DNA of 62,127 bases from an uncultured Actinomycetes bacterium (lineage in GTDB: Bacteria > Actinomycetota > Actinomycetes > Nanopelagicales > Nanopelagicaceae). Both the position numbers and the translations under genes were made by a program. Location of the stretch: NCBI GenBank assembly GCA_903838475.1, contig CAILYP010000218.1, positions 1 to 62,127 on the forward strand, written 5' to 3'. The notes below the pieces were generated by a model that was given only the letters and a program-made list of their open reading frames with translations, ran no database searches and was not told the DNA's origin. This document shows, in pieces, positions 40,374-49,014 of the stretch. Every line of letters begins with the position of its first letter. The first letter of the stretch is position 1.

Positions 40374-41363
40374 CTAGCCAATAAGACGAGGATGCAGATG
40401 GGGCTCAATTTCACTGGCAGCGCTGGCTCCATAAGCTTCGCTAAGGCGTTGAAGGAATTCTGATTTATCAAAGCGATATTCCTGTGTGCCCTTATTTTCT
40501 AAACAATAAGTAGCTAGTAACGAACCAATCTGCGCACATCGTTCATGGCTCAAACCCCACGAAAGTCCTGCTAGAAAGCCAGATCGAAAATTGTCTCCAA
40601 CTCCAGTTGGATCAATTTTCGCTCGCTCGTGCGGCACACCAACATGGATGGTCTCTTTTCCGTGTTCTTCGATGCGGGCGCCTTGAGCCCCAAGAGTTGT
40701 GATGCGAACTTGTACTTGAGCAAATAGTTCCTCATCACTCCAGCCAGTTTTTTGCAGAGTCAAAGCCAGTTCATATTCGTTTACAAATAAATACTTAGCT
40801 CCTTGAATGAGCAATTTAATTTCTGGGCCATGCATTCTTGCCAGTTGCTGGGAAGGATCTGCGGCGAAAGGGATACCGAAATGGCGTGCAGTTTCAGAAT
40901 AACGAACCATCGCTTCGGGATCATCAGGAGAAATAATGAGAAGGTCAAAATTACCAACCTTCTCGACGATTGGTTCCAATTCAATTTCGCGAGCTTCACT
41001 CATGGCACCGGGGAAAAAGGAAGCTATTTGATTATGTTCAAGATCAGTTGTCACCATGAAAGTAGCTGTATAGAGCTTCTCTGAGACTTTTACATGCGAG
41101 GTGTCTACACCGTGACGCTTTAACCAGGCGTCGTAATCAGGCCAATCTTTGCCGACCGCAGCGATCAAAATTGGTGTGAGTCCGAGCGCGCCCATCCCAA
41201 ATGAAATATTTGCAGCACATCCCCCACGCCTGATTTCAAGTGAGTCAACCAGAAAAGAAAGTGAGACGGAGGTGAGTGCGCCGTCAACAAGTGAATCCTT
41301 GAATTTGCCTTCAAAGGTCATCAAGTGATCATTGCCGACAGATCCGGCCACGCCAATTCTCAT
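40374..41363 (-). CDS. PfkB-family carbohydrate/nucleoside kinase (adenosine kinase-like)
   Basis: PfkB motifs GGCAANISFG and DPTGVGDNFRSGF. Its position matches Mycobacterium adoK (Rv2202c) near ctaC. Confidence 0.8.
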   Translation of the reverse strand: MRIGVAGSVGNDHLMTFEGKFKDSLVDGALTSVSLSFLVDSLEIRRGGCAANISFGMGALGLTPILIAAVGKDWPDYDAWLKRHGVDTSHVKVSEKLYTATFMVTTDLEHNQIASFFPGAMSEAREIELEPIVEKVGNFDLLIISPDDPEAMVRYSETARHFGIPFAADPSQQLARMHGPEIKLLIQGAKYLFVNEYELALTLQKTGWSDEELFAQVQVRITTLGAQGARIEEHGKETIHVGVPHERAKIDPTGVGDNFRSGFLAGLSWGLSHERCAQIGSLLATYCLENKGTQEYRFDKSEFLQRLSEAYGASAASEIEPHLHPRLIG

Positions 41364-41400
41364 GAAGGTAGGTTACTGAAAATTAAGAGAAAGAATCAGG

Positions 41401-41760
41401 TTAGTTGAATGAATCGCCACACGCACAAGAACCTTGTGCATTTGGATTATCAATCGTGAAACCTTGCTTTTCAATCGTGTCCACAAAATCAACTGATGCG
41501 CCCATGAGATACGGGGTGCTCATCTTGTCTGTGACAACTTTTACAGTGCCAAACGCTGTGACGGTGTCGCCTTCAAGAGCTCGGTCATCAAAATACAACT
41601 GGTAACGCAGGCCGGAGCAACCGCCAGGTTGAACAGCAACGCGAAGGCTTAAATCGTCGCGACCTTCCTGTGCAAGCAAGGCAGCAACCTTCACTGCAGC
41701 AGCATCTGTAAGGCCAATTCCGGTAGCTGTGCTTGTGATGTTCACTTCTGTTGTGCTCAT
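41401..41760 (-). CDS. erpA: HesB/IscA-family iron-sulfur cluster insertion protein
   Basis: 119 aa with GGCSGLRYQL and the C-terminal CACGDSF motif. Confidence 0.9.
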   Translation of the reverse strand: MSTTEVNITSTATGIGLTDAAAVKVAALLAQEGRDDLSLRVAVQPGGCSGLRYQLYFDDRALEGDTVTAFGTVKVVTDKMSTPYLMGASVDFVDTIEKQGFTIDNPNAQGSCACGDSFN

Positions 41761-41827
41761 AATTCTCTCCGATATCTCGTTCCTGTAGGTAAAGGTTACT
41801 CCAAAAAGATTGCTCTATGGCTACCCT

Positions 41828-42973
41828 ATGCGTATGGCACTCACTGACCTGCTCCTCGCGAAGCGGACTGATCTATCGAGCGAGCGTGGAGTCTCATGCG
41901 ATGGGGCCTTGCCAGAACAAAGCGATCCTTCGCTCCTAGAACGCGCAATAGCTGCAAAGAATTCCCTAGGCGCTAGAGCCATGATTTTGGGTCATCATTA
42001 TCAGCGTGATGAAGTGATCCAATTCGCCGACATCACGGGTGATTCATTCAAGCTGGCCCAGGCTGCCGCCTCTAACTCTGATGCTGAATTGATTTTTTTC
42101 TGCGGAGTTCACTTTATGGCCGAGTCGGCCGATATTTTAACAACGGCATCTCAGAAAGTAATTCTTCCCGATCTGGCGGCTGGCTGTTCGATGGCAGATA
42201 TGGCATCCATATCTGCAGTTCAGGAATGCTGGAGCGTTCTCAAGAAATTAGATGTTGCTAAGCACACAGTTCCAATCACGTATATGAATTCTACTGCGGC
42301 CATAAAAGCGTTTACTGGCGAGAACGGCGGCGCTGTCTGCACCTCCTCCAATGCCGAGAGGGCAATGACTTGGGCGCTTGAAAAAGGCGAGAAGATTTTC
42401 TTCTTGCCAGATCAACACTTAGGACGCAATACCGCCGTACTCAAATTGGGACAAACCCTGGCCGACTGCCAAGTATGGAATCCGTGGAAGCCAAATGGTG
42501 GACTTACAGATGATCAGATTCGATCAGCCAAGGTTTTGCTCTGGCGTGGTCACTGTTCTGTGCATGGGCGTTTTTCTGTCGATAATATTTCAGATGTTCG
42601 GAGTCGAATTCCCGGAGTGAAAGTTCTCGTTCATCCAGAATGCCAGCACCCTGTAGTTTCTGGCGCTGATGTTGTCGGAAGTACCGAGTTCATCATTAAG
42701 ACTGTGGAGAACTCACCAGCTGGTTCTAAGTGGGCAATTGGAACCGAGCTCAATCTTGTTCAACGTCTAGCAAATACACACAAGGATAAAGAAATTTACT
42801 TCCTTGATAAAACAGTCTGCTACTGCTCCACGATGAACAGGATCGATTTGCCCCACCTGGTGTGGGCCATGGAATCAGCGCTCGCGGGCCGTGTTGTGAA
42901 CCAGATAAGCGTGGATCCAGACGTTGCTCGCCATGCCAAAGTTGCGCTAGACCGAATGCTGGCTCTACCGTAA
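41828..42973 (+). CDS. nadA: quinolinate synthase NadA
   Basis: ILGHHYQRDEV, FFCGVHFMAESA and VLVHPEC motifs. The start is ambiguous (TTG 41810, ATG 41828 or ATG 41834). Confidence 0.88.
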   Translation: MRMALTDLLLAKRTDLSSERGVSCDGALPEQSDPSLLERAIAAKNSLGARAMILGHHYQRDEVIQFADITGDSFKLAQAAASNSDAELIFFCGVHFMAESADILTTASQKVILPDLAAGCSMADMASISAVQECWSVLKKLDVAKHTVPITYMNSTAAIKAFTGENGGAVCTSSNAERAMTWALEKGEKIFFLPDQHLGRNTAVLKLGQTLADCQVWNPWKPNGGLTDDQIRSAKVLLWRGHCSVHGRFSVDNISDVRSRIPGVKVLVHPECQHPVVSGADVVGSTEFIIKTVENSPAGSKWAIGTELNLVQRLANTHKDKEIYFLDKTVCYCSTMNRIDLPHLVWAMESALAGRVVNQISVDPDVARHAKVALDRMLALP

Positions 42974-42977
42974 CCAC

Positions 42978-43511
42978 ATGACTGAAGAGACCACTCCAAA
43001 TAAGAAGAACCGGCCGACGCCTAAGCGCAAAGAAGCGCAAGCCGCTCGTAAGGTAAATGCTCTAGCTCCAGTAGTTTCAAAGGAGGGGCGCAAGCGCGAC
43101 AAGGAAGAAACTCGTGCACGCCGAGCCGAACAACGAATCGCTTATATGCGCGGAGATGAGAATGCTCTTCCAGCTCGCGATCGCGGAGTTGCTAAACGCT
43201 GGGTACGTAACTACATCGATTCTCGTCGCACAATCGGCGAATATTTTATGCCTTTAATTTTCGGAGTACTAATTCTTACTGTAATTCCAAATAGATATAT
43301 TCAGCTTGCGGCGATTTTCTTAATGTATCTCGCGATGCTCTATACCTTTGTTTCCGGTTTCTTCATGACTCGTAAAATCCGCAAAGAAGTTGAAGCGCGC
43401 TTCCCTGGCGAACCTACAAAAGGCATCGGCATGTACGGATTCCTACGCTCAACTCAGATGCGCCGAATGCGTGCACCTTCACCACAAGTAAAGCGCGGAG
43501 AAACTTTTTAA
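42978..43511 (+). CDS. DUF3043 domain-containing membrane protein
   Basis: Basic N-terminus (PNKKNRPTPKRKEAQAARK) followed by two TM helices, the same pattern as Mycobacterium Rv2206-type proteins. Confidence 0.75.
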   Translation: MTEETTPNKKNRPTPKRKEAQAARKVNALAPVVSKEGRKRDKEETRARRAEQRIAYMRGDENALPARDRGVAKRWVRNYIDSRRTIGEYFMPLIFGVLILTVIPNRYIQLAAIFLMYLAMLYTFVSGFFMTRKIRKEVEARFPGEPTKGIGMYGFLRSTQMRRMRAPSPQVKRGETF

Positions 43512-43523
43512 AACTGCAATTCT

Positions 43524-44525
43524 TTAAGCTCGAGGATTTGGACTTACAGTTTTTGCAGGATCGGTCTCAGGAAGTGCACCGAGGGCAGCGTCAATGCTTC
43601 TCATGACTTCTGCAGATAGTTTGACTCCCGAGGCTTTCACATTCTCTTTCACTTGAGAAGGCTTCGTTGCGCCCATAATCACAGATGAAACATTTGGGTT
43701 AGCTAGTGCCCAAGCGAGAGCCAATTGAGACATTGTGAGGTCAAGGGATTCTGCAATCGGCTTTAAGTTCTGCACAGCGACAAGGACTTCCTCGCGCATC
43801 CAGCCGGCAATCATATTCGCGCCACCTTTTTTATCACCAGCGCGAGATCCAGCAGGAAGCTTTTTCCCAGGTAAATATTTACCAGTGAGAACGCCTTGAG
43901 CCATCGGCGACCAGACAATCTGTCCAATTCCTTCTTGTTCACATAAAGGAATTACTCGCTTCTCAATTACTCTCCACAACATGGAGTATTGAGGTTGGCT
44001 AGAGACGAAACGGTTGAAATTGTTATCTTTCTGAAATCTGAGCGCTGTCATTATTTGGCTGGCATCCCACTCAGAGAAACCAATGTAATGAACTTTTCCT
44101 TGGCGAATGAGATCTTCAAAAGCGCGAAGAGTCTCCTCGATCGGTGTCTCATAATCAAAGCGATGAGCCTGATATAGATCGATATGGTCGGTATTTAGTC
44201 GCTTGAGCGAAGCATGCACCGATTCCATAATATGTTTACGTGAAAGTCCTCTGTCATTTTTGCCAGTACCAGTTGGCCAATAAGCTTTTGTGAAAAGTTC
44301 GTAAGACTCTCGACGCACTCCCTTTAAGGCTTTGCCCAGTACAGTCTCAGCTCGCGTACCTGCATAGACATCAGCGGTATCCAGGGTTGTAATGCCCAAA
44401 TCGAGTGCGGTGCGTACACACTTTATTGCCGCTTCCTGTTCAACTTGTGAACCATGCGTAATCCAATTTCCATAAGAAATTTCTGAGACATACATTCCTG
44501 AGCTGCCGAGGCGACGATATTCCAT
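43524..44525 (-). CDS. aldo/keto reductase
   Basis: 333 aa with AKR signatures (LDTADVYA, IDLYQAHRFD, SPMAQGVLTGKY). Confidence 0.88.
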   Translation of the reverse strand: MEYRRLGSSGMYVSEISYGNWITHGSQVEQEAAIKCVRTALDLGITTLDTADVYAGTRAETVLGKALKGVRRESYELFTKAYWPTGTGKNDRGLSRKHIMESVHASLKRLNTDHIDLYQAHRFDYETPIEETLRAFEDLIRQGKVHYIGFSEWDASQIMTALRFQKDNNFNRFVSSQPQYSMLWRVIEKRVIPLCEQEGIGQIVWSPMAQGVLTGKYLPGKKLPAGSRAGDKKGGANMIAGWMREEVLVAVQNLKPIAESLDLTMSQLALAWALANPNVSSVIMGATKPSQVKENVKASGVKLSAEVMRSIDAALGALPETDPAKTVSPNPRA

Positions 44526-44563
44526 GCAAAGAGACTACTATGGGAAAGAGGAATTGTGGATAG

Positions 44564-44866
44564 ATGAGAAAGGGCGCCCAGATGTTAAAAAGATCGACAG
44601 GAATATGGGCGATCGCTTTTTCACTGACTTTTTCCCCAATTATTTCAACTCTCGCATCTGCTGACACCACTCCAAGCGCTTCCCAATCTGCATCACAAGA
44701 ATCTGGCGAGCAAGAAGCTTCGACTACTTTGAGCCGCCCACAACATCGAGTCGATGAAGAGCGCGAGGGTGGCTTTGAAAGTGCACAACTCATTTTTGTG
44801 GGGGCAGCCATCGTGATCGCCCTTGGCCTTGCTTATCGCGCTGGCCGACGACGACGCGAGCACTAA
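44564..44866 (+). CDS. hypothetical small secreted or C-terminally anchored Ser/Thr/Glu-rich protein
   Basis: 100-aa ORF behind AAGAGGAA. It has a signal-like segment (IWAIAFSLTFSPIISTLASA), a low-complexity acidic middle, a C-terminal TM segment (LIFVGAAIVIALGLAY) and an RRRRE tail. No family recognised. Confidence 0.4.
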   Translation: MRKGAQMLKRSTGIWAIAFSLTFSPIISTLASADTTPSASQSASQESGEQEASTTLSRPQHRVDEEREGGFESAQLIFVGAAIVIALGLAYRAGRRRREH

Positions 44867-44915
44867 AACTTTCACAATCCCTTTCAAGCACCAACTCTTT
44901 CTGCTACCTTTCCCA

Positions 44916-45081
44916 GGCCCGCAAGGGCGGTATGAGTTCGAGCGAAGTCCGGTGAAACTCCGGCGCTGTCCCGCAACTGTAAAGATCATCGCACTGCTTT
45001 CTAAAGAAAAGCAGAGCATTGATTTGAGCCAGGTCGCCTCGCCTCTTATCGAAGTATCCGACCTCGGAGGAAGGTCGGGCC
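44916..45081 (+). promoter_or_regulatory. cobalamin (B12) riboswitch aptamer
   Basis: Core GGTGAAACTCCGGCGCTGTCCCGCAACTGTAAAG matches the conserved cobalamin-riboswitch core. B12-box-like GAGCCAGGTCGCCTCGCC follows. Closing helix GGCCCG(44916-21)/CGGGCC(45076-81). Located upstream of a BtuF-like ABC importer. Confidence 0.85.
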
Positions 45082-45117
45082 TTTAAAGTCTCAGTGACTT
45101 TCAGAGCCCACGCCTTT

Positions 45118-45145
45118 CTCCCTCAAAGTTTGAGGGAGTTTTTTT
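45118..45145 (+). terminator. intrinsic terminator / RBS sequestor (riboswitch expression platform)
   Basis: CTCCCTC-AAAGTTT-GAGGGAG followed by T7. The 3' arm GAGGGAG is also the only SD for ATG 45146. Confidence 0.75.
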
Positions 45146-46012
45146 ATGTTTATGAAATATCTTTTTGTATTGCCCCCACTTATCTGCGCACTTCTATTCC
45201 CGCAACAAGCTCAAGCCACAACTCAAGAAAATCAGGTTCGATTGCATCGAATCATCTCACTGTCACCTTCAGCTACCGAAGATTTGTTCGCAATCGGCGC
45301 AGGCGCTCAAGTGATCGCGGTAGATCAATTATCAAATTTTCCAACTAATGCGCCAATTTCTAAGCTTGATGCATTTTCACCAAATGTCGAAGCAATCGCT
45401 ACGTATAAACCAGATTTAGTTATTCTCAATTCTGGTGCAACGAAAGCGAATTCAATAAAAACCGCTCTTCAAAAGTTGAAGATTAAGGTGTACTTCGAGA
45501 GTGCACCAAATGATCTGGCTGGTGCTTACAGCGAAATTTCGTCATTGGGATCTTTGACGGGCCGGGGCACACAAGCACAAGCATTGATTCGAAAAATGAA
45601 ACTCTCGATTAAGAAGGCCATCGATTCTGCTAAATCAAAAAAGCCGATCACTTTTTATCATGAACTTGACGACACCCTTTATTCGGTAACTTCCGAAACT
45701 TTTATCGGCAAGGTATACAAGGACTTTAATCTCATCAATGTGGCCGATGCCGCTGCTAAAGCTGATTCATATGGCTACCCACAATTGACGCCTGAATATC
45801 TCGTGCAATCAAATCCGGATCTGATATTTCTATCGGATGCACAATATGGAACCACTGCTGCAAGTGTGTCGGGACGACCTGGCTGGTCCACTCTCAAAGC
45901 CATAACGAATAATCATGTGATTGCTCTTCCAGAAGATTCCCCTTCACGTTGGGGACCTCGACTTGTGGACTTCTACCAATTCATTTCGAAATCGCTAGCG
46001 AGTGTTAAGTAA
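45146..46012 (+). CDS. ABC transporter periplasmic binding protein (BtuF / iron-siderophore-cobalamin type)
   Basis: Signal peptide (MFMKYLFVLPPLICALLFPQQAQA) and a type 8 binding-protein pattern (RIISLSPSATEDLFAIGAG, KPDLVIL). Preceded by the B12 riboswitch. Confidence 0.8.
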   Translation: MFMKYLFVLPPLICALLFPQQAQATTQENQVRLHRIISLSPSATEDLFAIGAGAQVIAVDQLSNFPTNAPISKLDAFSPNVEAIATYKPDLVILNSGATKANSIKTALQKLKIKVYFESAPNDLAGAYSEISSLGSLTGRGTQAQALIRKMKLSIKKAIDSAKSKKPITFYHELDDTLYSVTSETFIGKVYKDFNLINVADAAAKADSYGYPQLTPEYLVQSNPDLIFLSDAQYGTTAASVSGRPGWSTLKAITNNHVIALPEDSPSRWGPRLVDFYQFISKSLASVK

Positions 46013-46015
46013 CTC

Positions 46016-47050
46016 GTGACTACAAAGCTAAAGAAAGATAAAAGTGTAGGCATTGGGCAGATTTGGAATTGGAAAATTACCGCTGCCTGCGCTTTTATTC
46101 TCGTTGCTGTTGCACTTCTCGCAATCAGTTTCGGCCCGATTCATTTGGGCTTCATTGATATCGTGAAGACTCTTTTTGGATTTCACGGGTTGGAAGGACA
46201 GAACCGAACTGTCTTGCTTGATTTACGGCTCCCGAGAATGTTTCTTGCTGCACTAGTTGGAGCAGCGCTCGCCACTAGTGGCGCTGTCTACCAAACTGTA
46301 TTTAGAAATCCCCTTGCCGATCCCTACCTATTAGGAGCTGCCAGTGGAGCAGGCTTAGGCGCAACTATCGCGATTACAAACACAGGTGGAAATATTTATG
46401 GATGGTTGCCTATATTTTCATTCTTTGGAGCAACTCTCGCAGTAATGACTTCTTTCTTTATTTCTGGCAAGTTCTTTGCCGAACCAAACACACTTCTTCT
46501 TTCTGGGATTGCCGTTGGCTCATTTGCCACCGCGATTCAAACTTATCTTCAACAGCGCCACAGCAACGCTTTACGGCCAGTTTATAACTGGATTTTAGGT
46601 GAACTAACAGTTGCCAACTGGAGCATTGTTTCCTGGTCATCGATTTATATCATTTCATCGATTATCGTACTTATTTCGATATCAAAAAAACTAGATGGTC
46701 TACTTCTTAGCGATGAAGAATCATTTTCACTTGGTATCGATCCAAACAAGTTAAGGATGATAGCTGTAGCAGCCGCGACTCTTGCTACAGCAACTGCAGT
46801 TTCTGCTTCGGGTCTCATTGGCTTTGTGGGTATCGTCGTGCCTCACTTAGTTCGCGGGGTTACGCATAGAGTCACAAATCGCTCACTTGCCACCATCGCA
46901 TTAGTAGGCGCTGCTTTTCTCGTGTTGGCCGATTTAGGAGCGCGTAGTTTGCTCTCTCCTGCTGAACTTCCCATTGGCGTCATAACTGCTTTTGTAGGCG
47001 CTCCTTTCTTTCTCTTCGTTCTACGCACCAGAAGGGTTACTCATTCATGA
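46016..47050 (+). CDS. FecCD-family ABC permease (BtuC-like)
   Basis: 344 aa, about 9-10 TM segments, FecCD signatures (LRLPRMFLAALVGAALA, GIVVPHLVR). Confidence 0.85.
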   Translation: MTTKLKKDKSVGIGQIWNWKITAACAFILVAVALLAISFGPIHLGFIDIVKTLFGFHGLEGQNRTVLLDLRLPRMFLAALVGAALATSGAVYQTVFRNPLADPYLLGAASGAGLGATIAITNTGGNIYGWLPIFSFFGATLAVMTSFFISGKFFAEPNTLLLSGIAVGSFATAIQTYLQQRHSNALRPVYNWILGELTVANWSIVSWSSIYIISSIIVLISISKKLDGLLLSDEESFSLGIDPNKLRMIAVAAATLATATAVSASGLIGFVGIVVPHLVRGVTHRVTNRSLATIALVGAAFLVLADLGARSLLSPAELPIGVITAFVGAPFFLFVLRTRRVTHS

Positions 47051-47817
47051 TAAAAGTTGAAGGTTTAACTGTAAAAATTTCTCATCGCAATATTCTCAAT
47101 GATATTTCTCTTGAAATTCCCCATGGCCACTGGACTTGTCTAGTTGGGCCTAATGGAGCGGGTAAGACGACCTTTCTGAAAGTATTGCTAGGCGTGCGTG
47201 AATACTCCGGCTCGCTGCAAGATAATGGCGTTGAGGTTTATCGAAACCATAAGAGAAACGTGGCATTCGTTCCCCAACACCCTCACATTCCAACGGGTAT
47301 GACTGTTTCTGAATATGTAGCTCTCGGCCGATCAAAAGTTGAAGGCTGGGGAAATGAATCACCAAAGAGTCGCGCTTTTATCCAAGAAGTACTGATTCAA
47401 ACTCAGCTCTACGGAATGCATGAACGCCATGTGGCGCAACTTTCTGGGGGTGAAATGCAAAGGGCGCTGATAGCGCGCGCACTTGCACAAGAACCAGAAC
47501 TCATTCTTCTTGACGAGCCCACCTCAGCGCTAGATTTACACCATCAAATATCGGTGCTCAACAACATTGAGATTCTCAAAACTCGCGGGGTAACGGTCAT
47601 TTCAACTATGCATGACATCACCCTGGCAGCCATGTACGCAGAACGCATTGTCGTGATGCACGAGGGTAGAACTCTCTTAGACGGAAGTGCGGCCGACGTT
47701 ATTCACTCAGCTGAACTTCGAACCGCCTTCGATAATCGAATTAATGTTTACACTCTTGATAGTGGCAGACCAGTAATCGTGGCGTCGAAGGATGACTCAG
47801 CGAATACTAAAAATTAA
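47047..47817 (+). CDS. ABC transporter ATP-binding protein (BtuD/FepC-like)
   Basis: Walker A GPNGAGKTT, signature LSGGEMQR, Walker B LILLDEP. 4-nt overlap with the permease gene. Confidence 0.9.
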   Translation: MIKVEGLTVKISHRNILNDISLEIPHGHWTCLVGPNGAGKTTFLKVLLGVREYSGSLQDNGVEVYRNHKRNVAFVPQHPHIPTGMTVSEYVALGRSKVEGWGNESPKSRAFIQEVLIQTQLYGMHERHVAQLSGGEMQRALIARALAQEPELILLDEPTSALDLHHQISVLNNIEILKTRGVTVISTMHDITLAAMYAERIVVMHEGRTLLDGSAADVIHSAELRTAFDNRINVYTLDSGRPVIVASKDDSANTKN

Positions 47818-47853
47818 GAATTAAAAAAATATTGAATAATATTTAAATAGAAA

Positions 47854-48978
47854 TTAGCGGACGTGCGCTTCTACAAATGGAGTTTTTACTACTTCCATCA
47901 CGCTATTTCTACCGCGGATATCTATCGTAAGGTGATCGCCAATTTTGATATCGGTAGAAACCAAAGCCAATGCGATTCCCACTTTGAGGGTTGGCGAAAA
48001 TGTTCCGCTTGTGACTTCGCCGACGACAGTACCTGCTGAGTTCATAACGCTCATTCCTGGGCGCGGAATTCCACGATCGAGAGATTTCAAACCGCGAAGC
48101 CTGCGCTTCAATCCACTCTCTTTCTGGGAGATCAAAGCTGCTTTGCCGTGAAAAGTTTCCTTCTCCAATGCAATCGCCCAATTGGCACTTGCCTCCAGCG
48201 GGGTAATATCGAGTGAAAGCTCATGCCCATGTAATGGGTATGCCATTTCAGTACGTAACGTATCTCTCGATCCGAGACCGCAAACTCGCCCTCCTAGTGC
48301 AGCAACTTTTTTAGCGAGCAATTCCCAAAGTTCAAGGGTGGCGTTCCATGACGGAACTAGTTCATAACCAAATTCGCCGGTATATCCAGTTCGACAAATA
48401 ATGATTGAACCCAAATGTTCAAGCCCTGGGAAAATTTCCTCGGCGAACTCGGTGTAATCCAAATCTAGGGTTAGCCCAAAACTTTCCATGATTTTTCCGG
48501 CCAGGGGTCCTTGAACCGCCAAGACTCCAAAACTTTTGTGAATATTTGTGATTGTGATGCCGGCAGGGGCAGCCGCTGAGATCGCAGCAAAAACCGCTGA
48601 GCAGTTTGCGGCATTCGGAATAAGGAAGAGGTCGTCATCGGCTTTGCGGTAAACAATTAAATCATCGATGACGCCTCCGCGATCATCGCAGAGTAAGTTG
48701 TACTGAGAACGTCCATTTTCAATCTTAGTTAAATCATTCGTTACGATCCCGTTGAGGAATTCAATAGCGCCATTTCCCCTGATACTTATTTTGCCCAAGT
48801 GAGAAACATCAAAAATGCCGACTTTTTCTCTCACCGCAAAATGTTCGGCAAGAACTCCACCTGCTTGCTCGCCCACCATATATTTCGGATATTCAATGGG
48901 CATATCCCAGCCACCAAAATCAGCCATCTTTGCGCCAGCGTCAACGTGCCATTGATAGAGCGGGGAGGTGTTTTCCAT
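47854..48978 (-). CDS. gcvT: glycine cleavage system aminomethyltransferase GcvT
   Basis: 374-aa ORF. MENTSPLYQWHVDAGAKMADFGGWDMPIEY is a typical GcvT N-terminus. Confidence 0.92.
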   Translation of the reverse strand: MENTSPLYQWHVDAGAKMADFGGWDMPIEYPKYMVGEQAGGVLAEHFAVREKVGIFDVSHLGKISIRGNGAIEFLNGIVTNDLTKIENGRSQYNLLCDDRGGVIDDLIVYRKADDDLFLIPNAANCSAVFAAISAAAPAGITITNIHKSFGVLAVQGPLAGKIMESFGLTLDLDYTEFAEEIFPGLEHLGSIIICRTGYTGEFGYELVPSWNATLELWELLAKKVAALGGRVCGLGSRDTLRTEMAYPLHGHELSLDITPLEASANWAIALEKETFHGKAALISQKESGLKRRLRGLKSLDRGIPRPGMSVMNSAGTVVGEVTSGTFSPTLKVGIALALVSTDIKIGDHLTIDIRGRNSVMEVVKTPFVEAHVR

Positions 48979-49014
48979 ACTTGAAACTTATCAAATGAAT
49001 GAGAGGATTCAGCA

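Noticed and set aside
47827-47844. AT-only inverted repeat AAATATT-GAAT-AATATTT between the convergent ABC ATPase and gcvT genes, as a possible bidirectional terminator
   Set aside because: A 7-bp stem made only of A-T pairs would be very weak. The surrounding sequence is generally A/T-rich, so the symmetry may be compositional.
48979-49014. Glycine riboswitch upstream of gcvT
   Set aside because: Only 36 nt separate gcvT from the divergent pepA start, which is too short for a glycine aptamer. No GGAGAG...CACCG-type core is visible.
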